Assembly: GCA_000934665.2 (NCBI GenBank)
Contig: JYFJ02001879.1
Span: 1 to 64,000, forward strand
Direction of reading: 5' to 3'
From: Catajapyx aquilonaris
Lineage: Eukaryota
Length of the DNA: 64,000 bases
The notes under the pieces are model-generated. The model saw nothing but the letters and a program-made list of their open reading frames with translations. It did no database searches and was not told the DNA's origin. Positions 53,768 to 64,000 of the stretch are shown here, piece by piece (within the stretch, counting starts at the first letter, position 1; each line of letters starts with the position of its first letter). The translations under genes were made by a program, and so were the position numbers.

Positions 53768-56674
53768 ATGGATTCAACAACAGTGAATGTGAGTATGGAA
53801 AAATGAAACTGATATTATGTCACTGACATAATTCTGGTTATGTCCTCATGCAGCATGAAAATGGCATAAGAAGTGCATCAAGTTTGATAAAAACATACGA
53901 ATCTGAATTCCGTCTGAATCAGCTGCAACAGTTGCTAGCATTGTACGAAGAGAATCGGTCCAATCTGATTCAATGCCTCCAGAGAGATTACAATACCGTA
54001 AGTACCCTGTGTTTGTTCCGAAAAAGTGTCAACCTACAATCGGCATCCCCTCCCCCTTCCAGACGTTTGATATCCAAGATGTGACCAGCCTGATCCAAGA
54101 GGTGAGAGCAACAATCGAGAAGATCCAAGAATGGACCGGCACCAAGAGGATGTCAGGATTGCTCTCGATGAATGTGGTCACTCTCAAGAAGGAATCTGTG
54201 GGCTCTGTCCTCATAGTGTCTGACCCTCACTATCCCCTGCACCTAAGCCTGCTGGCATTTCCTGCTGCCATATGCGCCGGAAATGTGGTGGTCATCAAAG
54301 CTCCAGATGGAACACCACTTTTCACCAGAGCCATCACCCAGCTGTTGCCCAAATATTTGGACCCGGTAAAGAAATTTGATATATGCCAAAAGATCAGGCC
54401 CGAAAAAGCAAATAAACAAATCGTAGAGCCAATAGAAATCCATTGTTCAATATTTGGCATTTTCAGCTACGAATAAATAATTAAACTATTGATAGTAATT
54501 AAAATAATTATTTAATTAAAATAATGCAAGTAATTAATTATATTATAATGGCGCAATTAAAATAATTATTTAATTAAAATTATAAAAGTAATTAATTATA
54601 ATATAATGACGCAATTAAAATAATTATTTTATTACAGTGATAAAAGTAATTAATTATAATATAATGGCGCAGTTAAAATAATTATTTAATTAAAATTATA
54701 AAAGTAATTAATTATAATATAATGACGTAGTTAAATAATTATATAATAATAGTTATATAATGATTAAACTAATTATTATATTATGACATATTTAAAATAA
54801 TCCAATTATTATATTATGACATATTTAAAATAATCCAATTATTATATTATAACATAATTAAGATGTTAATATAATAATACTTAATCGTTTTATTAGAATT
54901 AAAAATATTGTATGATAAACTGCAATTACATGATAATTAGAATGATATAATATAGCCATCATAATAAAACTAATATTAAAATAATTATACCGTACCCTAG
55001 ATAATAGTAATTAGACTATTAATAAGTAATAAAAATAATCTTGATATAAACAAACAAACAAATAAAAATTGATATTCTTCTCTCTTGATTGGTGAAGTTC
55101 ATTTAAGACCTAAAGATTCATAAAGAGCCAGAAAGTCAGAAATTTCTGCCTTCACTAGCACGTTAGCACGTGAAAGGATTAATTTGTGGATTTCTCTGTT
55201 GTATGACGACAAAATTGTGATGATAGGGCCTACGGTATATTATTTATTAGTTAATGATCGATTAATTATTATTTACCACCTCATATCATTCCCTTCGAAC
55301 TATGCCCCTATTTTGATTACACAGGAAATCTACCGGGTCATTCCTGGCGATTCGGATGTGGACACAGTGTTGGGAGGTCATTTCGATCGCATCGTGGTGA
55401 TGGGCAAAGCAGGGATCATACGCAAGGTGTACGCGGCTGCTCAAAAGGAACTGACCCCAGTCACTGCGGTCACCAACGGGAAAAAGTAAGCCACATTTTG
55501 TCCAAACTATTCTCATTTATTACCTTCATTATTTTCAGCCCAGTTTATATTGACGACTCTATTGATATCGAAGTAGCAGCCATCCACATAATTGAAGCAA
55601 AACTATCAAGTTTTAGCAGACCATGCGTAGGTCCTGACTACATTCTGTGCAACCAAGTAGTACAAGAGCATCTCATATCCACGGTGGTCAAGATGTCAGG
55701 TCAAATTGCCAACAAGTTCTGGCCAATTAGCAGCAAGGAAAATTTCGAGTAAGTTTTTTATCGAATTGACATAACATTCTGATTACCAATATTGTTGTTT
55801 ACATAGCCGATTGAAGTATCTGCTGCAAACTACAAAAGGACGCATTTTGTTAGGCGGACACATCGACGAGCAAGGACAACGTATATCTCTCACCATTGTT
55901 GCGGACGTAGCCAAAGACGACCCACTTTTTCAGGAAGAGTTTTTGGGCCCCATTCTTCCAATTGTTGAAGTGAAGACAGTGTACGACGTCATATCACTTA
56001 CTCGTAGAACTCGGTAAGTAATTATCACCTTATTATCTCACTGAAGTTCTAGTGTACCGCTGGGCCGTTACTCCCCCCTACCGTTATCGCGAGCACTAGC
56101 GACATTGCGCTATTGGTGGTTAAGACATGAACCTCGAAGTTGTGAACTGTCGCAATTTTTTTTAACATTTCAGAGATCGTGCAAATTCCGGCAAGTGGAC
56201 AGATTACAAGATGGCTGCAAATGTATTGTACGCCTTTACAACCAGGAGGATCGCCCAAGTGCGTCTGATGCAAGGGACATTGGCAGCCAACATTGTATTC
56301 AACAGCACCAATATTCAAAGTAAGTACCCAACATATGAAGGGTGTGGTAGAAAAACGTGACAACACACATTTTTATGTCGCTGTTACTGTGGGAATTACA
56401 CTGATAGATGTTATTTCCAGACGATGTCAGCAACTACTTTCTGTGTGGAGAAAGTGCTTACAAGTTATTCACCAAAACCAAGGTGGCGAATAGGCTGCCC
56501 TTGAAGCATGTGTCTGAACCTTCTGACAAATCATCTGTTCATGAAGAGTCTTGTACCAACAGTAATTATTTTGGGACCAAGCAAGTTCTGGACAGCACCA
56601 TCCCTCATAGGTTAAAGATAATAGCAGTTTCTATATTCGCTTTGTTCATAGCTCATTTCTTAGGATGGCAGTAG
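53768..56674 (+). CDS. ALDH3 (fatty aldehyde dehydrogenase)-like protein 1, 481 aa, degenerate active site, C-terminal TM anchor
   Basis: Exons 53768-53788, 53854-53997, 54063-54365, 55325-55485, 55539-55748, 55807-56013, 56174-56319 and 56421-56674. All are GT-AG and total 1446 nt, open. ALDH3 motifs: GSVLIVSDPHYP, AAICAGNVVVIK, PKYLD, LTPVT..GKNPVYID, CVGPDYILC, QEEFLGPILPI. Confidence 0.9.
54495..54740. repeat. ~58-bp AT-rich tandem repeat expanding intron 3 of ALDH-like gene 1
   Basis: AATTAAAATAATTATTTAATTAAAATTATAAAAGTAATTAATTATAATATAATGGCGC, about 4 copies. Confidence 0.8.
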
Positions 56675-58333
56675 AGGTCGCTTGACTAACAGAAAAATTG
56701 AGCAACTTATATATCAACTACTAGATAGTAATCTCCAGAGCCGAATATTGAACATTATATCATTTTTAAGTGAAATATTTTACTGCATTTTTGTATCGAA
56801 TAGTTGTATTAAATTAGTGTTACAACCATTTTTTTTCAATAAAGAGGCAAATGGTTGTACTATTAATTCGCTAAATAATTGGCGTTAAGTGGGGAAATTC
56901 TGTTAAGTGGTATTAGTTGACGCTATTACAGCATAGAAGTACACAAGGAAAAAAATAGTAGGAAATGTTCACTGTCAGTTCTGGCAGAGTCATAACAAAT
57001 CCAGTTCTTAAACTTCGTTGTTACGGTTTTTTTCTGTCATTAAACTTTCTCCTTGAATATTTGTGACCTCAAGGCAAACTGAATTGACCTTCTGGAAGCA
57101 ACCAGCAATCTGGTTTTCATAGGTATTGAATAAGAAGAAAAAAAAGAGAGCACTTTTTGAGCATCATACCGTGCGCAGGCAATGTTTTTGCAATATGACG
57201 GTCACGTAGTTTTACACATTACGTAACATTAAGCAAGCATTGTAAATCAAAACAACATTTCCAGGATATCTTCTAAATTTAAATAACAATTAAAATAAAC
57301 CCACAAATGCGCAATAGGTATAAAATCCCCGAGAAAAACTACGCACTGTTGAAGGCCAATGGTAATTGCTCAAAATAAAATAACCGTGAAACAGACGTCA
57401 TGTCAACTAATTAGCACTGAAAACTATAAAGATGTCATCAATTAGCAACCTGGCTGTAAATTTTTGACATTTACACTTGCTTGTGGCTTCGTATTTAAAA
57501 AAAATAAACAATCATTGCTTCCCATAAGTATGTGAAATTGGCCGATTGTCCTAAAAAATATTCAGGTACCGGTATGTGATATCAGGAGCAAAATATTCCA
57601 AATATTTCAGGGCGGAAATCCGTTTGTTGCAATCAAAAAATTTCCCTTTCGTTCAAATGTTGTTAATAACAACACCGTGACTAACATATTAAAATTTTGA
57701 TTTACTTTCAAGCCTCTTTCGCAAGATTGGCTTTTCTCTCAACGCTATAGTGCAATAAACGTCCTTCAATATTTAAAGAGAGACTATTTATATTCACTAT
57801 TTCCTTCATAAAACACTGCGTAGTGCACTCATTAAATCATCTAGTATTTTCCAGACAGATTTGATGCCGGTTTTTTCTGGTTCAAGTAATATGCATCATA
57901 AACATAGGGTTGCATTTCCCCTTTTTTTCGCAGTCAGCTCACAAGATGACTGACCTACAATTTTTAAAGATGACAAAAAAAAGTTGGAATTTGTCTAGGG
58001 AAACCCCCTATTTCAAGGACGCTGAACCTCACGTGTACAAAGGTGCACGCAATCACTTTTCTAGTTGTAAATGATTCTGTCACGAGTACACAGTAAAGAT
58101 TGATGTATTAACTCTTAACACACTGAAACTCGCCCATTAAAAACGTAAAATGCATTTTTTTAAAAAAAAATCGTTGTGCATTATTTCTTATGAGGTAAAG
58201 TTTTTTTTACAAATTTCTCCGAAAGTTTCTCTCAGAAAATGTCAAGTGCTTACCAAATAATTCAGAATTAATTGGATGCATCATTTCTGTAACAAAGGTA
58301 CAGCATATGTCAACAATGCAATCTTCAAGTGTA

Positions 58334-58492
58334 CACTCTTAACCATTTACCTTCTCTAGAGAGGGTAAGAAAGTGGCCATTTTTTACCTTACATTGTAGG
58401 GTAAATATTCTTGGGTAAATTGATTCTAAGGTAAATTTTGCATGTATTACCTTAGAAAATAGAGGGTAAAAAGGGCCTCTTTTTTACCCTCT
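58334..58492. mobile_element. Single arm of the 18447-18796 fold-back MITE
   Basis: TA-CACTCTTAACCATTTACCTTCTCTAGAGAGGG... near-identical to the 18447 arm. Confidence 0.8.
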
Positions 58493-59603
58493 ATACCCCC
58501 CAATATATTAAACACTTCAAAATGCGCACCAAACCTGAAAAAAATAATTACTGGAAACTATTCGGTTCAAACTACTGTAGTTTAGAATGAGCCAGTTTTC
58601 AGCAGATATGTCCACATAATGCAAACGATGCAGCATAGTTTAATAATTCATCACAAAATATTAGTTAGTGAAGAGAGTCATTGTCAATGTTCCGCACGGG
58701 TACCTTTATATACCTTCTTGAATAAGGAGGTCACAGTGAATTATGGTATACATCTGCTACTGGCAGTACAAAAACTCACTTGCCCAGATATTGCACAACC
58801 AGATCTCTCTTGGTGTATTGTTGGCAGAAGGTCGACCTTGTATTATTACAAAAAAATAAATAACACTCGATTACATCATTAATCCACAAGATTACTCGAT
58901 AGTAAAAAAAGTTACAGAATCAAACGGTACATTTTATTATCCGTATAAGTTGTACAGTAAACAAAACTACGCACAATTTTGATTTTGTAAATGACAACAC
59001 ATGCCTTACGCACGGTCAATTAGCATATGTAATGCAAACTATTCTTCAGCTTTTGTCAAATTTGTTACGGTTTTTGTCTCCGGTTGGTGAACTGCCTCAC
59101 CTTGAAGTAGGCTACACTGACCTTGTGGAATATAACGAACCACACACGAGCTAGCAAAAAAAAACATTCCTTTTGCTAATAATATCTGATGCTAATATTC
59201 TCGCCATTTTTTGCAAATTAGCACTATCCGGTCATAAATTTTTTTCTCAATATAATTATTGTTAATGAAATCACAATAGTAGCATAATTGTTGGCTCAAA
59301 TATTACTAACACTAAAATATGTGATCTTACATCATAAACAGGTTCTTAGCACAAGGATCGCTAATTTTTTTTTTGCTAGTTCCTTGATTGGATGGGCATA
59401 CTTTTAAGGGAAAGGTCTACACAGTGCGTATTAAGTATATCTAACTACTTTTTTTCACTATATGGGCCGGTTTTGTCTTTAGAGACGAATAGAAAGCTGG
59501 CCATATACTGACCAACCTCATTGGCTGTCCGCTCACCCAGTTCATACATGTTGTTGCGTTAGACACGAGAGGACGTGTAGTGTCTTCAATCGAACTGTGC
59601 GAG

Positions 59604-61364
59604 ATGGAGTTGAAAACAAAGTCTGGCCTATTGAAAGCATGGGATCGGCCATTTCGTCTAGAACAATTGCAAAAATTGATTGCATTGTACGAAGACAACA
59701 TATCCACACTGATTGAATGTCTTCAGTCCGATTATGGCATGGTAAGTACACACACGATTCTAGTTACAAAAATCAGTAACTAAGTGTAATTTATTGTAGG
59801 GATCATACGCTCACCATATAAGGTCGCTGATTAGCGAGGTCAAAGAGTGTATCAGGAACTTCCATATTACAAACACCAAACGGACATCTGGACACTGGAT
59901 GTCCAAACAAATTGTGACAGAAAAGCATGAAGCGGCAGGATTGGTACTGATTGTGTCAGATAGCAATTACCCATTGCCACTCTGTTTGTTGTCATTGCCT
60001 GCAGCCATTGCTGCCGGAAATATGGTGGTCATCAAGCCATCGTTATGTACACCGGAGTTCAACAAAAAAATGGAGTACTTGATGTCGCAATGTTTGGACC
60101 AGGTTGGTGACACTGATAATTTAAAATAATTTAAAATAAATTTATTCCGAACAATTTTTGAAGGACTGCTACCGGATAGTGTTGGACTTGTCTGTACCGG
60201 ACGTTCTGGCCTGCCGTTTTGATCATATCCTGTGCATGGGAAATGCGAAATTCGTACGTGTTGTGTACGGTGCAGCGCAGGAGCAACTGGTACCCGTGAC
60301 GATCGTAACAAACGGAAAAAAGTACGTAGGATTTTATTAATCATTCAGAAAAATATTGTTGCCATAATATTTTGAGCGTAAAAGCAAATATTGTTGCCAA
60401 CTTAATAGCCCCGTGTATGTGGACGACACCTGCTGTATTGAAGATGCTACAAGGCAAATCATACATGCCAAAATGTCCAGCTTGAGTCAACCGTGTAAGT
60501 CACCCGATTACATCATGTGTACTGAGCCTGTCCGGAACAAAATTGTGGACGAGGCTACCAGAATTTTGGGACAATCAGACACATTCGTACGAATAGCAAG
60601 CGAGGACAATTTCAGGTTGGTATAACTGGAGAGCTTACCATGCTAATGTACTGATACATGTGTTTCAGACAATTGAAGCGGCTTTTGGGTGACACAAAAG
60701 GACATGTGATTGGCGGACAGTTCGACGAAGGACAACGAATGTCGCTCACAATTGTCACGGGTGTCACAAAAGATGATCCGCTTTGGACAGAAGAGTTTGT
60801 GGGTCCTCTACTTCCGGTGATTACAGTGGCCAACGCCTACGACGCCATATCGTTTGTTCGTAACAAGTCAGTCAACGACACTTAAACTGACAAATACAAT
60901 TTACTAAACGAGCATACTTTTCAGGCAATGTATGGGAACATTTTGGCCTGACCATACGTTAAAACCGCTGGCATTTTACGCTTTCACGACCAAGCGGTTG
61001 ACACAGATGCGTCTGATGGATGGTATTGTGGCGCAGAGAATTTTTTTCAATACAATACAAGCCATAGGTAAGTACTTAGTTACCATGGTACTTACCTCAA
61101 GTAATATAACACTGCTTTACAGACTGCGACACCGAGGCTGCTAGAGGACTGATCACAAGTGGACAAAACGCATTTGACATGTTCAGCAGAAGCAAAGTTG
61201 TGTATCGATGCGTACCTGAACCTCTACCTTCCTTAGAGCACGATAAGTCAAACACTAATAATCGGAAATGGCAAATTTTACCTGCTAACATACCTGTTGC
61301 TTTCAATTTGAAGATTGTGGCTGTTGCTTTGTTGGTTCTATTCCTGGCCCAAATGTTTGGATAA
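59604..61364 (+). CDS. ALDH3-like protein 2, about 462 aa (start uncertain), degenerate active site, C-terminal TM anchor
   Basis: Exons 59604-59741, 59800-60102, 60164-60321, 60409-60615, 60669-60866, 60925-61067 and 61123-61364 (1389 nt, open). Intron positions and phases match gene 1. The frame is also open upstream to an AG at 59540, so an extra first exon is possible. Confidence 0.88.
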
Positions 61365-61713
61365 AAAATGTTAAGTTCGACCAAATTTATTGAGATGTGT
61401 CATAATGTTTATTATGCTAATTGACATTGATGGCTGTCAAATTAGTACGCTTTAGAGGCTATTTGTCAGGTTTGTAAATTGATATTAAAAAATATTATTC
61501 GTAAAGTGCTTAAGAGGTGGTCATTAATTTCAATTTATTTCTAACGTTGATTACAGATTTGCATAAATATTAAAGTCACAACTGAATTAACAGGTGATTT
61601 TCAATACAGTATTTTTTTATAAAATCGTGGGATTACTTTAACAGAAAATTGACTTCATTATCAGAGAGGATGACACTAATGTAACTATGCAAATGCAAAT
61701 GTATTCTATTGTG

Positions 61714-63537
61714 CTACACGATAGTGAGCCCAAAAATACCTACCAATGACACAAGTATTAGACCCACAGCCACTTTCATAACACCAAAATCACTGGATGG
61801 TACCAATTGTGATAGGCCGTCACCAGAAAATCCAGACTTGATCCAAGAATCTCGATGAGAAATCTTGATTCTCGTGAGCAACTTGTAGGCCTCTTCTCCT
61901 CTTATCACGTACATTTCGCTCGGAAGTGCGGAACTCTTTGAATCCACTGTTACAATACATTTTAGATCATTAGATTTCACATTGGATTTTTGTCTGTAAA
62001 AACATGCATACATACCGGTTGTGTCGTTGAATCGTATCATGTCCGATGGAATTGTCTGTAACATTCTGATACAAGGTATTCGCTTACTGATAAATGCGTA
62101 AGTCACCATCGCTCTCAGCTTGTAATCAGGCCATGTGGAATCTGTTACCTGCCTGTAATTAAATACCACAGTAAGCTTCTTACTCAACAAGACATGTCAA
62201 TAAGTCACCCACATCTTTCGGATCTGAATCATTGCGTCATATGAAGTGATCACAGTCGTAATAGGCAGGATGGGCCCTGAGAAATTTTGAGTCAAAAGCG
62301 GATCATCTTTAGGGACGTCAACAACAACAGTCAGTGCCATTTGTCTACTATTGTCGTCCACATCTCCACCAATGACAATCCGACCTTTTGTGGACCGCAG
62401 AAGTGTCTTCAATTGGCTGCAAATTAATTTATTAGCATCTTAATTTGCAGGTTACAGGATATCACCTACGTAAACTGGTCCTCCGAATGTATGTGGCAGA
62501 AATGGGGTTTACCATAGCCCATTTCCTTCATCATGGCCACAATTTTGTCCTGCAATGTGGCAGAACACAACACATAGTCTGGAGCTATGATGGGATACCT
62601 CAAATTAAGCAGCTTTTTCTGAAAGATGAACTTGGCTGTTGCCTGGACATCACAAGATTCGTCCACAAAAACAGGGCTAAAGAGGACAAAAGACATTTGG
62701 TATTATCACATTGCGTAATTTATAACTCCACACCTACTTCTTTCCTCTGATACAACCAGTCACCGGAACACAATCGTTGTAAGCAGCCTTGTAGACCTTC
62801 CGACCCAACTTCTCCTTACCCATGTACACGACATGATCGTAGCTGAATGTCAAAAGCTTGTCCAGAAGTGATTCGTCGCCATGGACGACGTGAAAACAAT
62901 TCTGAAAGCAAATGCTGGTAAGTACACAAATAATTCTGGGCGTCGAAAGTGCTCACCTCATCAAGATACTTGGGAATTAATTCGGCAAACTTCGTTGAGG
63001 AAAGTGGAGTGACCTGCGAGGGTTTGACAATGACTGTGTTCCCTGCAGCAATGGCAGCAGGAAGAGGTAAGAGGGACAGGTACAAAGGATAACAATCGTC
63101 TGCTACTATCAGCACCACTCCTACACCTTCCCGCTTTTGGGTGACCATACTGTTGGAAAATATGGTTTTGGTGACACGTTCAGTCCTGGTCCATTCATCG
63201 ATGTGACTGATGCTGTCCTTAATTTCTGCGATCAGGTAGTCGATGTCCTTAAAGTCTTCCTTCTGCGTACAGTACATGTTAAGCAATGCAGTAAATTGTC
63301 ACATGTTGCTACCTACTGCGTGATAGTCGCCTTGAAGACAGTCCATCAGAACATCTTTGTTTTCGCAGCAAAGTTGTAACAGTTTTGTCAGCTGAATGCG
63401 ACGAAATTCAGCTGAACTTAACTTTCCAACATTTCCTTTATGGCGTGCCGCTTCCACCACCTGCAAGTAATTAAACTAATAATTAGACTAGGCCTAATAA
63501 AGTTAATTACTGATCGTACCTTAACTGCTTGATCCAT
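61714..63537 (-). CDS. ALDH3-like protein 3, 470 aa, catalytic Cys absent, C-terminal TM anchor
   Basis: Exons 63537-63520, 63460-63317, 63262-62957, 62901-62738, 62676-62470, 62416-62213, 62152-62016 and 61946-61714 (1413 nt, open). Intron phases 0,0,0,2,2,2,1 match gene 1. Motifs: EGVGVVLIVADDCYP, AAIAAGNTVIVKPS, IIAPDYVLC, FSGPILPI. Confidence 0.9.
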
Positions 63538-63562
63538 GTTTGTGAAGAGATAATCCGGAGTG

Positions 63563-63598
63563 TAATGAAGTAGTTGGAAAAATGTCCTTCTATTTATA
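63563..63598 (-). promoter_or_regulatory. TATA plus Inr core promoter of ALDH-like gene 3
   Basis: Minus-strand TATAAATA starts at 63598 and Inr-like TCATTA has its A at 63566 (32 nt spacing); ATG 29 nt further on. Confidence 0.6.
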
Positions 63599-64000
63599 CC
63601 ATGTTCATTACCATACAGCTGCTTTACCCTTCACACGAAATCACGAAAACTCACTGATTGTTGGATCCTTGAGGCGAAATATGCGAATTGTTCATGTATC
63701 ATACAGTATGTGGTAATAAACTGGTTGCAAAACTGGCACTCTTCACATGGACATGCAAATTTTAGATTGCTATTTACGCGGATTAAGCAAGATTGCAGCA
63801 TGTCAAAGCATATTCATGGTGGTAATTTGGATGTTGTGCAAGTTTGGACGTACACGATGACTATGGTAACGCGTGTATCGCAGGTAGTTCCATCTCCCAC
63901 TTCCGGAATATTATATTCTCCGGCGTTCACATATTATTTACAGTAGAGGGAAAGGGTTTATTTACGTCACTCTATCCGTGGTTACCACAGACAAATTTGC

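Noticed and set aside
53768..63537. Calling the ALDH-like genes pseudogenes
   Set aside because: All three splice into uninterrupted full-length frames with canonical sites, so they are intact genes with altered catalytic residues.

Overview
Eukaryotic, almost certainly arthropod, genomic DNA: GT-AG introns of about 55-70 nt, (TTAGG)n tracts, tRNA-derived SINEs, Helentron/DINE-like elements and many MITEs. Most of the supplied ORF track is noise from repeats. The left half holds the 5' part of a minus-strand Sidestep/nephrin-type immunoglobulin receptor gene. Its signal-peptide exon is at 31499-31412 and two exons (13496-13364, 6995-6787) build the first V-set Ig domain. Its long introns are packed with nested transposons. 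The right end (53.7-63.6 kb) holds three compact, intact, highly diverged ALDH3 (fatty aldehyde dehydrogenase)-like genes, reconstructed by hand at 481, about 462 and 470 aa with shared intron positions. All three lack the general-base Glu, the TGS cofactor loop and the PFGG motif, and one also lacks the catalytic Cys. All keep a C-terminal membrane anchor. This looks like a lineage-specific family of ALDH pseudoenzymes or neofunctionalised proteins. Other items of note: a ~270-bp non-autonomous retroposon whose 5' end fits an HDV-like ribozyme fold, an orphan acidic Trp-rich exon at 48.6-48.9 kb, and a fold-back DNA element with asymmetric ends and 8-bp TSDs. All family assignments come from motif recognition by eye; no searches were run.
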